Assembly (NCBI GenBank): GCA_039028615.1
Contig: JBCCHT010000012.1
Location: 64,001 to 128,000, forward strand
Source of the DNA: Myxococcota bacterium
Lineage (GTDB): Bacteria > Myxococcota_A > Polyangia > Nannocystales > Nannocystaceae
Length of the DNA: 64,000 nucleotides
Direction: 5' to 3'
The translations under genes and the position numbers were made by a program. This document shows positions 1 through 10,156 of the stretch, one piece after another. The notes beneath the pieces were generated by a model. That model saw nothing but the letters and a program-made list of their open reading frames with translations, made no database searches and was not told the origin of the DNA. Numbering within the stretch: the stretch's first letter is position 1; each line of letters begins with the position of its first letter.

Positions 1-2
1 GG

Positions 3-605
3 GCCGGGAACGCCGGAACCGTCGCGAAGGTGGTGCTCGATGCTCCCCTGCCCGAGCGCCCTCAGCTGCAAGAGTGCATCCGCGATGCGCTCGCAGCCAC
101 CACCATCTCGACTCGATACGCCATGAGCGCGACGCAGGTTCGGATGGACCTGTCGCTCGACCCTCTGGTCGTGGAAGACATGGTCAGAGGCACGGCCGAC
201 CGCGGCCTCGTCACCGCCATGCGGCGGCGCGTCAACCCGGCGCATGAGGATGACCCTGCGGCGGCATGCCCCGGGCACCGACGGTCGACCTGCGAGAGCC
301 TCGCCGCGAAGCAGATCGACGAAAAGGCGATCTGGACCCCCGATCCCGAAAAGTCGGCCCTCGCCCAGACCTACGTCCCCGGCACGCCGACGCAGATGTT
401 CGTGTCCATCGACTACTGCGTGGATCAGCGAACCGGCAAGACCATCCATACCCGACGAGTCGACTCGGTTCCCCCTTCCGCGACCGCGGATCTCTTCGTC
501 GAACAGATCTCGAAGTGGAGATTCAAGATCTGGTCCAGAGACGTGGGCGAGGTCTGCTCTCGCATCCACTACGAAGTCCGCTTCAAGTGGCGCGGACGCC
601 CGTAG
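3..605 (+). CDS. Hypothetical protein, 5' partial; C-terminus TonB-C/AgmX-like
   Basis: Frame open from the window edge; ends ..DYCVDQRTGKT..ISKWRFK..CSRIHYEVRFK, resembling myxobacterial TonB-C-like domains. Confidence 0.45.
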   Translation, partial: AGNAGTVAKVVLDAPLPERPQLQECIRDALAATTISTRYAMSATQVRMDLSLDPLVVEDMVRGTADRGLVTAMRRRVNPAHEDDPAAACPGHRRSTCESLAAKQIDEKAIWTPDPEKSALAQTYVPGTPTQMFVSIDYCVDQRTGKTIHTRRVDSVPPSATADLFVEQISKWRFKIWSRDVGEVCSRIHYEVRFKWRGRP

Positions 606-645
606 TCGACGGCGGTGGGTTATGGTGGCGAGCCGAGGCTGCGCC

Positions 646-1740
646 ATGCGAGTTCCATCGTCTCTGCTACTCGTGATGCTCGCTGGTGCGGCGTGTAGCT
701 CCAGCTCGACCACTCCGGCCGGAATCGAGTCCCCCGAGGCGAGCTCCAGCGACGGCGCCCCCGCGATCGAGCCGGCCGGCGATCCGGCCGTTCACTGGGT
801 GGGCCGCTTCGACACGAGCGAGCCCGGCATCCGCCGCATGGGCTGGTCGGGCGCGGGCTTCGTGGTGCGCTTCGACGGCACGGGGGCGAGCGTCCGCATG
901 GACGACGCCGCTCGGTACTTCACGGTCGTGATCGATGGCGAGGTCCAGGCGCCCCTGGCCACCACGCCGGGGCTCCGCGACTACGTGCTCGCTCGAGGTC
1001 TGCCCGCCGGTCACCACGTCGTCGAGCTGTACCGCCGTACGGAGGGCCACTTCGGCCCTACCGAGATCCACGAGGTCATGCTCGAGGGCACGCTCGCCGC
1101 CCCGCCGATCGAGACCCGACGCATCGAGATCGTGGGCGACTCGATCTCCGCGGGCTACGGCAACGAAGGTGTGTCGCCGTGCAGCTTCAGCGCCGAGACG
1201 GAGAACCACTACCTCACCTACGGGGCCATGGCCGCGCGGGCGGTGGGGGCCGAAGTGCAGACGGTCGCCTGGTCGGGCAAGGGCGCCATCTACAACTACG
1301 GGGACGACCGGCTCCAACCGCTGCCCGAGCTCTACGACCGCACCATCGCCACCGAGACCGATCCCTGGCGCTTCGACTGGCAGCCCGATGTGGTGGTCAT
1401 CAACTTGGGGACCAACGACTTCAGCACGGACGACGATCCGTCGCAGACGCAGTTCAGTGAGGCGTACCTGGCGTTGTTGGTCCACCTGCGCGAGGTCTAC
1501 CCGAGCGCGATGATGCTGGTCGTCGCCCCCAGCCTCTTTGGAGCGGAGGCATCGTTGGTCCAGGGATACTTGGGCGACGTGGTCGCGCGACGACGGGCGG
1601 CCGGCGATGCCCGGGTGGCCTTCGCCGACATCAACGTCGCGTGGCTCGGCTCGGGCTGCGATGGCCACCCCGACGTCGCCACGCACGAGGCGATGGCGGC
1701 GCGGCTGGTGGACGCGCTGCAGCAGCACCTGGGGTGGTAG
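646..1740 (+). CDS. SGNH/GDSL hydrolase lipoprotein (CE2 acetylxylan esterase-like)
   Basis: Lipobox-like GAAC; GDSISAGYG, NLGTND and DGHP motifs; N-terminal WVGRF beta domain typical of CE2. Confidence 0.85.
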   Translation: MRVPSSLLLVMLAGAACSSSSTTPAGIESPEASSSDGAPAIEPAGDPAVHWVGRFDTSEPGIRRMGWSGAGFVVRFDGTGASVRMDDAARYFTVVIDGEVQAPLATTPGLRDYVLARGLPAGHHVVELYRRTEGHFGPTEIHEVMLEGTLAAPPIETRRIEIVGDSISAGYGNEGVSPCSFSAETENHYLTYGAMAARAVGAEVQTVAWSGKGAIYNYGDDRLQPLPELYDRTIATETDPWRFDWQPDVVVINLGTNDFSTDDDPSQTQFSEAYLALLVHLREVYPSAMMLVVAPSLFGAEASLVQGYLGDVVARRRAAGDARVAFADINVAWLGSGCDGHPDVATHEAMAARLVDALQQHLGW

Positions 1741-1878
1741 GACATTATCCTACTCAATTCCGCTCACCGGGAATCTCGCTGGCATAAGGCCGAGCGGGGC
1801 TCGGTTGCTGGTCGACGTGCGTGATGGCCGGTGTCGTTTTGCCACCGGGTGACGTGAAAGCCGGGAAGACGAACGACC

Positions 1879-2583
1879 ATGGGAACACTCCAACGCATCT
1901 CCATGATGATCCGCGCCAACCTCCACGACATGATCAGCCATGCCGAGAACCCCGAGCGCATGCTCAACCAGGCGATCTACGACATGCGCTCGCAGCTGAT
2001 CGAGGCCAAGAAGCAGGTCGCCGTGGCCATCGCCAGTGAACGGCGGAGCCGCAAGGAGCTCGATGCCCACAGGCAAGCGGCCGCGAGCTGGGAGCAGCGC
2101 GCGATGCTGGCGTTGCAGGCGGGTGACGACAACCTCGCTCGCCAAGCGCTGGCCCGCAAAGGGCAGCACGACGAGATGGTCTCGGCCTGGCATGCGCACT
2201 GGGCCATGGAGAAGCAGGGGGTCGACGCGCTGCGCAACGCCCTGCAGGGCCTGTCCAACAAGATCGAGCACGCCGATCGTCAGCGACGATTGCTGGCGGC
2301 TCGGGTCGCTCGGGCCAACGCCCAAATGGCGATCAACCGCACGCTGTCCACCATCAACGGCGCCTCGCCCTGGGGGACCCTCGAGCGCATGGAGGAGCGG
2401 GTCGTGCAGATGGAATCCCAGGCCGAGGCCTACGGCGAGCTCACGGCCGGCACCAACGACTACTCGCTCGAGTCCCAGTTCCGGGCGCTCGAAGCCAGCC
2501 AAGGCGTCGAAGACCAGCTCACCGCGCTCAAGCAGCAGATGGGGCTTCCCGCCAACCAAGAACCCAAGCGCCTGCCCGCCTGA
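1879..2583 (+). CDS. pspA: PspA/IM30 family protein
   Basis: MGTLQRISMMIRANL..AENPERML N-terminus, coiled coil, LARQAL and ERMEERV motifs. Confidence 0.9.
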   Translation: MGTLQRISMMIRANLHDMISHAENPERMLNQAIYDMRSQLIEAKKQVAVAIASERRSRKELDAHRQAAASWEQRAMLALQAGDDNLARQALARKGQHDEMVSAWHAHWAMEKQGVDALRNALQGLSNKIEHADRQRRLLAARVARANAQMAINRTLSTINGASPWGTLERMEERVVQMESQAEAYGELTAGTNDYSLESQFRALEASQGVEDQLTALKQQMGLPANQEPKRLPA

Positions 2584-2635
2584 GCCAACGGCGGCCGCGT
2601 TGACCAGGCCTCGTGCGGCGGGGTACTGGTGAAAA

Positions 2636-3271
2636 ATGACCGGCGGCCCCCCGGACACGACTCACCGCTCGGACTCGGTGGGCTTCATCCTGGAGGCCGC
2701 GGCCGAGCTGTTCACGGCGGGCGGCTTTGAACGGACCTCACTCAAGGCGGTGGCCGATCGGGCGGGCGTGGCGAAGGGCCTCATCGCCCATCACTTTCAG
2801 TCCAAGCAGGGCCTGCTCGAGGCGGTACTCATGGAGTTCTACCGTCGCCAGAGCGAGGCCCTCTTTGCGGCCTTCGACCCGTCCTTGGGTCTACACGCGC
2901 GCATCACCGCCATCGTCGACGCCTACTTCGACTTCATGTGTCGGTCGCATCTGTTTCCGCGGCTCATCCAGCACATGGCCGGCCGCGATGAACGAGTCCG
3001 AGAGATCTCCCAGCAGCAGCTCCGTCGGCTGCACACGTGGGTCGAAAAAGAAGTGCTCCCCGAGCTCTCCGACCAGGGGGCGGCCTCGGCTCGTCACTTC
3101 ACGCTGACCTTCGCCGGTTCGATCCTCACCTATTTTTCATCGGCACCCGCCCTGGACCCCATGTGGCCGGACGAGCAGGGACTGCTGGGCGAGCGAGCAC
3201 TGGCCGAACGGCGAGCGCACCTGCACCTCATCATCGACGCGTTTTGGTCACACCTCGAGCTGCCGGCCTAG
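2636..3271 (+). CDS. TetR/AcrR family transcriptional regulator
   Basis: ILEAAAELF..GFERTSLKAVADRAGVAKGLIAHHFQSK helix-turn-helix. Confidence 0.9.
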   Translation: MTGGPPDTTHRSDSVGFILEAAAELFTAGGFERTSLKAVADRAGVAKGLIAHHFQSKQGLLEAVLMEFYRRQSEALFAAFDPSLGLHARITAIVDAYFDFMCRSHLFPRLIQHMAGRDERVREISQQQLRRLHTWVEKEVLPELSDQGAASARHFTLTFAGSILTYFSSAPALDPMWPDEQGLLGERALAERRAHLHLIIDAFWSHLELPA

Positions 3272-3272
3272 G

Positions 3273-3548
3273 CTACTCGCGACACTGAATCGCGTCTTTG
3301 AAGGTGGCGGCGTCCATGATGCAGTTGCCGCTCTCCTTGAACTTCATCGCGCCCTGCATCTCCTTGGCCGAGTCCATGGCGGCAATGCACTCGCCGCGGT
3401 CTTCCTCGAGCTTCTTCACCATCGCGTCGGAGCCCTCTTTTTTGGCGAGCTCGATCATCTTGTCGCAGATGTCGGTGGACGAAGGGCCGCAGGCGCCGAG
3501 GAACAGCGCGCAGGTCAGTACACCAAATGTCTTGTGGAGTGTGGTCAT
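3273..3548 (-). CDS. Small Cys-rich lipoprotein, hypothetical
   Basis: Lipobox FLGAC; four further Cys (IC, EC, NC, QC) as in small myxobacterial helical lipoproteins. Confidence 0.7.
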   Translation of the reverse strand: MTTLHKTFGVLTCALFLGACGPSSTDICDKMIELAKKEGSDAMVKKLEEDRGECIAAMDSAKEMQGAMKFKESGNCIMDAATFKDAIQCRE

Positions 3549-4185
3549 CGATTTCGTGCCTCGACTCGCAAGATGTTCCTCGCGATGGCGATCGGCAAGC
3601 GTCGCGAGGCCAGGTTGACCACGGGGTCAACGAGGCCCGAAGCGCATCGACGTCGACACGACAACCCGTATGCTCTCGGTGCAGCCTCGTTCGGCCGCGA
3701 CGAGTCGGCGCCTTCCGTTTCGCGTCGGCTCGTCGCGTGCTCGATCGATCCGTCGACGAACGTCGCATCGATCGTCGTCACCCTTCGGTGTCGTTCGAGG
3801 ATCCAACGGTGCCACCCATGCCCCGCACGACCTTCATCGGAGACGGCGCCACCTCGACGATCCATGCCCGAGCACGTGCGCAAGGCTCAGCGCAGCGAGC
3901 GCGAAGACGACCCATGCACCGCCGGGGGCCAATCACCACGGACGACCGACGAAGCGCTCGCGGGCCCATGCGGGAGTCGACTCGCCGCGTTGGAAAAAGC
4001 TCGCGATGTCACGGGCTTCGCGTCCGAATCCAGCAACCTCTCCACACCGACCCGACCATGCCCCGTGGAGCAATGTGGCCCAAGCCCGAACCGAACAGGC
4101 CCGCCCGTGACCCGAAGGATGGGGGCGGAGTCGTCCATGAACAGGACGGTCGACCTAGCGCCATAGGCGCGCATTTTCGGCATCG

Positions 4186-4214
4186 TTGACAGCCGGTACC
4201 CGGCACGATAGCTC
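4186..4214 (+). promoter_or_regulatory. Putative sigma70-type promoter of the RRM gene
   Basis: TTGACA-N17-TAGCTC; the spacer contains the inverted repeat GCCGG-TAC-CCGGC. Confidence 0.4.
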
Positions 4215-4275
4215 AGTCGTCGCGAGAGACCGATTGGGAACGAATCCCTTCGGAGAAAGCACGCGACGACATCAG

Positions 4276-4755
4276 ATGGCAAGAAGCAACTACGCGGCGG
4301 GTAAACGACAGCGCGAGATTGAGAAGGCGAAGAAGAAGAAGGAAAAGGCGCTGCGCAAGCGCGACCGTTCTTCACACGGGGGAGACATCCCCATCGCCAC
4401 CGTAGATGAGCTTCAAGGCGGCTTGATGTCGGCCGACGATGTCGTGCGGCGAATGATGCCGGGCGGCGACGACGAGGGTCAGGAGCCGCAGCGTAAGACC
4501 CAGCCGAGCCGGCTGTTCGTGGGCGGCCTTGCGTGGCGCGTCACCATGGAGCAGCTCAAGGAGAAGTTCGAGACCCTGGGCCCGGTCATCGATGCCGTCG
4601 TGGTGCTCGACCGCGACACCGGTGACTCGCGTGGCTTCGGATTCGTGACGATGGGCAACCGCAAGGACGCCGCCGAAGCGATCAAGAAGCTCGACGGCCA
4701 GGACTTCGAGGGTCGAACCCTCGTCGTGCGGCCTGCGACCGAGCGCGGTCGCTAG
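4276..4755 (+). CDS. RRM RNA-binding protein with a basic N-terminal extension
   Basis: RNP2 LFVGGL and RNP1 RGFGFVTM; N-terminus MARSNYAAGKRQREIEKAKKKKEK. Confidence 0.9.
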   Translation: MARSNYAAGKRQREIEKAKKKKEKALRKRDRSSHGGDIPIATVDELQGGLMSADDVVRRMMPGGDDEGQEPQRKTQPSRLFVGGLAWRVTMEQLKEKFETLGPVIDAVVVLDRDTGDSRGFGFVTMGNRKDAAEAIKKLDGQDFEGRTLVVRPATERGR

Positions 4756-4804
4756 CCCCCGTAAACCCAGTTCGGCCGGCCGTCTACGACGGATCTGGCG
4801 TAAG

Positions 4805-4835
4805 ACGCGGCGTGACTTGTCCACGCCGCGTTTTT
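4805..4835 (+). terminator. Intrinsic terminator after the RRM gene
   Basis: ACGCGGCGTG-7nt-CACGCCGCGT followed by a T run. Confidence 0.8.
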
Positions 4836-5015
4836 GTTGAAACCGGCTCGACACCGGTAAACCAGGTCCTAGAGTCTCCTGGACACGCAATTGAGCGCTC
4901 GACCGTGAACTGGACTACGCACCCGGCAACGCCGAACCCCTTGTGGGGGTTCTCATGGAGTTGCGCGCGAGGGCGGCCCTAGCATCGGCACTCGATTTCG
5001 ACCCGCAACGCCACC

Positions 5016-5969
5016 ATGACGACCCAGGCTGCCACCCTCGAGCTTTCTCAGGCCCTTGCGGTGGAGTTGCATGGCCTGTTCCGGGCGCTGGATCTGCGCA
5101 TCCAGGCCCCGGACTTGGTTCGAGACAAGATGGAAGCGGCGGGGCGCATGCTCGACGAGCTGCTCGAGGCGGAGTGGAACCTCCTGCCCGAGTCGGTGGC
5201 CGAGAGCATGGACCGGGTGGCCGAGCTCATCCGCGACTGGAGCCCCGACGACAGCGAGGCCTGGGCGGAGCTCAAGAGCCAGCTGCGCGAGGCCTATGCC
5301 GGCTTCGCCAGCGCGCTGCACCAGCAGCAGGTCCAGGTCCCCGAGCTTCGACCGGCCAACTACACCCGCTCCGTCTTCCACATGGGCTCGGCCGTGCTGT
5401 GCCTGGGCCTGGTCACCCTGCTCGACGCTCGGCAGCTGCCCTGGGTCGCGGGGGCCTTCGCCGTCTGGGGCTGGTCGATGGAGACGGTGCGCCGGTTCTC
5501 GCCCTGGGCCAACCGAATCTTGATGGCGGCGTTCCGCCCCATCGCCCACGAGCAAGAGCGCAACCGCATCAACTCGGCCACCTACTACGTGACCGCGCTG
5601 CTGCTGCTGTCGCTGACCGGCTCGCCGCTGCTGTGCGCGGTGGCGGTGGCGGTGTTGGGCTTCGGCGACCCGCTCGCGGGCCTGGCCGGCCGCCGCTGGG
5701 GTCGGATTCGACTCGTCAACGGCCGCAGCCTCGAGGGCACGCTGGTGTTCTTCGCGGTGGGCACGGTCACCGCGGTCGGAGCCATGCAGCTGGTCGAGCA
5801 CAGCCTCACCGGGTCGCAGATGTGGATCGTGGCCGCCGCGGCGGCCGTCAGCGGTGGCCTGGCCGAGCTGTTCAGCCGCCGCATCGACGACAACCTGTCG
5901 ATCCCCATGGCCTCGGGCATCGCGGCCGTCGTTGCGCTCTTGCTGATGGGGCTGTCGCCCTGGGGCTGA
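5016..5969 (+). CDS. Diacylglycerol/polyprenol (phytol/dolichol) kinase family membrane protein
   Basis: RSVFH, GFGDPLAGLAGRRWG, RSLEGT and IDDNLSIP motifs; multiple TM helices. Confidence 0.85.
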   Translation: MTTQAATLELSQALAVELHGLFRALDLRIQAPDLVRDKMEAAGRMLDELLEAEWNLLPESVAESMDRVAELIRDWSPDDSEAWAELKSQLREAYAGFASALHQQQVQVPELRPANYTRSVFHMGSAVLCLGLVTLLDARQLPWVAGAFAVWGWSMETVRRFSPWANRILMAAFRPIAHEQERNRINSATYYVTALLLLSLTGSPLLCAVAVAVLGFGDPLAGLAGRRWGRIRLVNGRSLEGTLVFFAVGTVTAVGAMQLVEHSLTGSQMWIVAAAAAVSGGLAELFSRRIDDNLSIPMASGIAAVVALLLMGLSPWG

Positions 5970-5982
5970 GCCCACCGCCGCC

Positions 5983-6420
5983 TCAGCGCTGTTGAAAGAC
6001 CGAGTCGGGGATCGTGTGCGCCCCGGTGGGGTTGGCCGCGAGGAGGCCGAGCTCGAGCGGCGCGACGGCGACGATCTTCCAGCCGCGCTCGGGGGCGGTC
6101 AGCGTGTACATGAGGGCAAAGTCGGCCACGATGCCGTCCTCGGCGTCGCGCATCTGCCAGCCGACGTCGGCCGTCAGGGTGCGGGCCTCGAGGCGGCGAT
6201 GGCCCAGCACCTCGAAGCGAGCCTCGACCACGCCAGCTTGTTGATGGCGCTCGAGCTGCCGAGCGAGGCTCTGCTCCAGCTCTTCGGGCGTGGTCAGGGC
6301 ATGCACGGTGGGACCCATGACCAGGCAGGGCAAGTGCACCAGCTCCACGAGGCCGGCGACGTCGTTGGCAGCGAACGCCCTGCGGTACCGATCGAGGAAT
6401 GCGTTGAGGGTCGAAGCCAC
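5983..6420 (-). CDS. NTF2-like (SnoaL/DUF4440-type) protein
   Basis: FLDRYRRAFAANDVAGL..P..; ends YTL..GWKIVAV. Confidence 0.65.
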   Translation of the reverse strand: MASTLNAFLDRYRRAFAANDVAGLVELVHLPCLVMGPTVHALTTPEELEQSLARQLERHQQAGVVEARFEVLGHRRLEARTLTADVGWQMRDAEDGIVADFALMYTLTAPERGWKIVAVAPLELGLLAANPTGAHTIPDSVFQQR

Positions 6421-6524
6421 CGTTTTCCCGGGATTCTTCTACCAACGCTCCTCGCCCGAAGCGAGGTCTTCATGGGGCCGCCCGAGAAACGAAGTCCCGC
6501 GGCATCGAAGCTGCCGTGTCGGGG

Positions 6525-8039
6525 TCAGGGCCGAAAGCGCGACAGCGTAGCGCCTTCGATCGCTTGGCCGCCGACCTCGACGCTGGTGCCGCTGGAGATC
6601 CGAGCCACCACCGAGCCGTCGGGGCCAACCGCGAGCCCGTGCACCCAGACCGACGCGGGGTCCCGCAGCAGCTCCAGCCAACGACCCTGTCCCTGCCGAT
6701 CGATCCCCAAGAGGCCCACCGTCTCGACGTTCGGCGGCACGTGGACCCCGATCGGGCTCACGTCGAGAGCGCCGTAGAACTCGAGCGCGAGCACGACCGT
6801 GTCGTCGGGGCCGACGTCGACCCCTCGCACCGTAGCCTCGGTGCCCAGCCACTGTTCGGAGACGGGCTCGAGCTCGTCGGTGAAGTGGGCGAGCACGCCA
6901 CTATTGAAGCCTTCGAGGTGAGCGGTGAACACAGCCAAGAGCGTGCCGTCCTCGAGCCCGAACAGCTCGAGGTTGTCCAGCGGCACGGTGAGCTCGGTGT
7001 GCAGCGGCCGTTCGTCGATCAACGTGCCTCCCGCCGACAGTCGCAGCGCATACGCCCCGTAGAGCCCGAGGTCGACCGGCTCTCCGTCGAGGGTCGGCTC
7101 GACCGACTGGCTCGGCGAGAAGATGGCTCCCACCACCACTTCGCCGCTGTCCAGCACCGCGACGGCGATCGCTCGATCGCTGAGGCCGAACACGCCCGAG
7201 AGCCGACGCTCCCACGCGGGGATGCCATCGGAGGTGAAGGCGACCACCACCAACGACTCGTCGAGCAAATCTCGCCGACCCGCCACATAGACGGAGCCAT
7301 CGGGGCCCACGTCGACGGCGCTCACCGACGTGAAGGTCGTGCCCCGGCTCCACAGGTGATTGCCGTCGCCGTCGTAGCGAGCCACGAACCCGCGGCGCTC
7401 GTCGGCGTAGGGCAGCATGCCGCCGCCAGCGTCGAAGTCGAGGGTGTAGTAGCCCACCATGGTGGAGCGCTGCTCCGCGTCCACGGCCAAGTCGGCGACC
7501 CAGTCGACCCCCGGGTGGATGAAGCTGTGGTGCCACAGCAGGTCGCCCTGCTCATCGACCTTGAGCAGGTAGACATCGTCGAGGACGACGCCCTCGTACT
7601 CGAAGGCCCCGCCCGAGCTTCCGACGTAGGTGTGGCCCTGCCCATCGAGAGCCAGGTGGCGGAAGCTGGCCTGGGTCTGCTTCGTCCATACGAGTTCGGG
7701 CTCGCACACCACCGACCCGTCGCAGTCGTCGTCCTGCGCGGTGCTGCAGTCTTCGCGCGCCGCGGGGAGGACCTCGTCGGCACAGGGCAGCCACTCCGTG
7801 CCATCGGCGGCACAGACCTGCTCGCCCGCCCGGCACACGCCGAGCCCCTCGCTGCCCAGCGGGCCGCCGTAGCACGACCGGCGCTCGTCGGGCACACACT
7901 GCGCCCCGAGCCCCACCGTAGCGGGCGCGGTACTCTCGGACTCGTCGCCGCCGCTGCTGCTACCCGCTCCGCTCGGCGCCTCGGCCTCGCGGCAACCCAC
8001 GAGACCCACCAAGAGCGCCAGCCCTATGATGCGAGGCAT
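6525..8039 (-). CDS. Secreted lipoprotein with a Cys-rich repeat and beta-propeller
   Basis: Lipobox LVGC; CYGGP..GVCRAGEQVC..DDDCDG motif; repeated LAVD..G / G..LW blades. Confidence 0.7.
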   Translation of the reverse strand: MPRIIGLALLVGLVGCREAEAPSGAGSSSGGDESESTAPATVGLGAQCVPDERRSCYGGPLGSEGLGVCRAGEQVCAADGTEWLPCADEVLPAAREDCSTAQDDDCDGSVVCEPELVWTKQTQASFRHLALDGQGHTYVGSSGGAFEYEGVVLDDVYLLKVDEQGDLLWHHSFIHPGVDWVADLAVDAEQRSTMVGYYTLDFDAGGGMLPYADERRGFVARYDGDGNHLWSRGTTFTSVSAVDVGPDGSVYVAGRRDLLDESLVVVAFTSDGIPAWERRLSGVFGLSDRAIAVAVLDSGEVVVGAIFSPSQSVEPTLDGEPVDLGLYGAYALRLSAGGTLIDERPLHTELTVPLDNLELFGLEDGTLLAVFTAHLEGFNSGVLAHFTDELEPVSEQWLGTEATVRGVDVGPDDTVVLALEFYGALDVSPIGVHVPPNVETVGLLGIDRQGQGRWLELLRDPASVWVHGLAVGPDGSVVARISSGTSVEVGGQAIEGATLSRFRP

Positions 8040-8108
8040 CACCTTGGTCACGATAGCAAGCCCGGCGGGCGTAACACCGCACCGGTGCAGGACGATCGTT
8101 TCGTTGTG

Positions 8109-9089
8109 ATGGGTGCACGGACGACGGCGATGGTGTTGAGCGCGGCTCTCGCGTCGTGGGCGTGCCATCCCGAGGTCGACGATGAACCGCTGGCCACGCC
8201 CCCGGGCTCCGATCCGGCCGAGGCCTCGGGCATCGCGAATCCGCCCGAGGCGACGGCCAACAATGGCATCTCGGTCGGCGACGCGGTCATCACCGTCGAG
8301 TACGACGGGCGCGAGCTGTCCCTGCCCGACGAGGTGCTCGAGGCCTGGGTCCAGCGCTCGGCCAGCATGGTCCGCGGCTACCTCGGCGAGTTCCCCGTGC
8401 CCACCCTCGAGATCACCCTGGTCGGCCGGGGCTTCGGCGGCGTGGGCTTCGGCATGCACCAGGATGGGCGGTGGATCACCGTCTACTGCGGGCGGCGCAT
8501 CTCCAACGATGGCCTCGAGAACGACTGGGTCATGGTCCACGAGATGCTGCACGCCGCCTTCCCCGACCTCCAACGCGACCACCGCTGGATGCAGGAAGGA
8601 CTGTCGACCTACCTCGAGCCCATCGTGCGCGCCCGGGCCGGCAACACCCCCGACACCGAGGTCTGGCGCCGATGGACGCGGTCGATGCACCACGGTCGCC
8701 CCAAGGCGGGAGACCGCGGCCTCGACCAGACCCACACCTGGGGTCGGACCTACTGGGGCGGCGCCCTGTTCTGGCTGGCGGTCGACGTCGAGCTGCGCAA
8801 GCGGACCAACAACGAAACGTCCATTCGCGACATCGTGCGCGGCATCCTGGCCGAAGGCGGCAACGGGCGCGCCAACTGGTCGACCCGCAAGGTGGTCGCG
8901 GTGGGTGATGCGGCCACGGGCAACACCGTGCTGGCCGAGACCTACGCCGCCATGGCCGAGGCCCCCGGCGACATCGACCTGCCTGCTCTGTTCGCCGACT
9001 TGGGTGTCCAGCGGCACGACGACGGCACGGTGACCTTCGACGATACTGCCCCCATGGCGCATATTCGCCGCGCGATCACCCGGCAGTGA
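8109..9089 (+). CDS. Putative zinc metallopeptidase lipoprotein (M61/gluzincin-like)
   Basis: Lipobox-like SWAC; HEMLH..WMQEGLSTY; TYWGGALF. Confidence 0.7.
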   Translation: MGARTTAMVLSAALASWACHPEVDDEPLATPPGSDPAEASGIANPPEATANNGISVGDAVITVEYDGRELSLPDEVLEAWVQRSASMVRGYLGEFPVPTLEITLVGRGFGGVGFGMHQDGRWITVYCGRRISNDGLENDWVMVHEMLHAAFPDLQRDHRWMQEGLSTYLEPIVRARAGNTPDTEVWRRWTRSMHHGRPKAGDRGLDQTHTWGRTYWGGALFWLAVDVELRKRTNNETSIRDIVRGILAEGGNGRANWSTRKVVAVGDAATGNTVLAETYAAMAEAPGDIDLPALFADLGVQRHDDGTVTFDDTAPMAHIRRAITRQ

Positions 9090-10156
9090 GCGCGGCCGGG
9101 CCGTGCTATCACCGGGGCCTGGACATCGACCCCGAGATTGGCCAGGCCGAGCGCCTTCCCGCTGCCCTCCACCACGATCCGACGTGGTTCGAGCGCATGC
9201 GCGAGCGGGTCCTCGTTCGTACGTGGCACGCCTACCCCGGCCCGCTGCCTCCGCTCGAGCCGGGGCTGGTAATGCCGTGGAACTTGCTGCCCGTCAGCAT
9301 CGACGAGCCGCTCGTGCTCTGCGTCGGTGAGCAGGGGCCGCGCCTGCTGTCGAACGTCTGCACCCATTGTGGAGCGATGCTCGTGGCCCGGGTGAGCACC
9401 AACGCCGAGGGTCTGCGCTGCTCCGCGCATGGCCGGAGCTTCGCGCTGAACGGCCTGTTCGACGAGGATCCGGCCTTCGAGGGGGTCGACGGGGTGCCGT
9501 CGGCCAAGGACCACCTCGCCTCCGTCGCCCTCGAGCGCTGGGGACCGATGGCGTGGGCGAGCCTCGACCCGGTGCACCCCTTCGCCGAGCTGGTCGAGCC
9601 GCTGCAGCGACGGCTGAGCTTCCTCGACATCGATACGTTGCGACCGGTAGCCAAGCTCTTCCGCGAGTATCACGTGCCCGCGGGGTGGCTGGCGGTCTGC
9701 GAGCAGAAGCTCCGGGGTGCGGCCGCCGACGAGGTCCACCCCTCGCCGTGGGGCTCGCTGCGGCTCGAGATGGCCAGCGGCGAGCAAGCCCGACTCACGC
9801 TGCCGCCCGAGCACCCCGACCACGGCCGCGACCTCGCGAGCCTGCACTCGTGGCTGTTCCCGAGCACGTCGATCGCCGTCTACCCGTGGGGACTGGCGAT
9901 CGAGCTGATCTTGCCGCTGACCCCCACCGAGACCCGGGTGGTGTGCATGGGCCTGGCCGCCGACCCCGATGCCATCGACGACGCGCTGGGAACCACGCTC
10001 GATCAACGCGCTCACGAGGCCCATGGCCGCGCCGTCTCGGTCGCTCGAGGCCAGCGCGCTCGGCTCTACCCGCGCTCGGGCTACTCCCCTCGGCACGAGC
10101 GAGCGCTCCACCACTTTCATCGGCAGCTCGGCGAGCTGCTGGCCGACTCCGACTAG
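9086..10156 (+). CDS. Degenerate Rieske oxygenase alpha-subunit paralog (choline monooxygenase-like)
   Basis: CTH..CSAH Rieske motif present; mononuclear-iron His/His/Asp motif not recognisable. Confidence 0.75.
   Translation: MSAAGPCYHRGLDIDPEIGQAERLPAALHHDPTWFERMRERVLVRTWHAYPGPLPPLEPGLVMPWNLLPVSIDEPLVLCVGEQGPRLLSNVCTHCGAMLVARVSTNAEGLRCSAHGRSFALNGLFDEDPAFEGVDGVPSAKDHLASVALERWGPMAWASLDPVHPFAELVEPLQRRLSFLDIDTLRPVAKLFREYHVPAGWLAVCEQKLRGAAADEVHPSPWGSLRLEMASGEQARLTLPPEHPDHGRDLASLHSWLFPSTSIAVYPWGLAIELILPLTPTETRVVCMGLAADPDAIDDALGTTLDQRAHEAHGRAVSVARGQRARLYPRSGYSPRHERALHHFHRQLGELLADSD

Noticed and set aside
1779..1845. Sigma54 promoter for pspA
   Set aside because: The candidate GG/GC pairs do not have the required 10-nt spacing.
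3549..4185. ORFs and TCGA/CGATCG-rich repeats in a long intergenic region
   Set aside because: No coherent protein motif, no regular repeat-spacer period and no recognisable riboswitch.
6516..9089. Two apparently fully overlapping long ORFs on opposite strands
   Set aside because: They resolve into two divergent genes (starts 8039 minus, 8109 plus) whose frames stay open as shadows.
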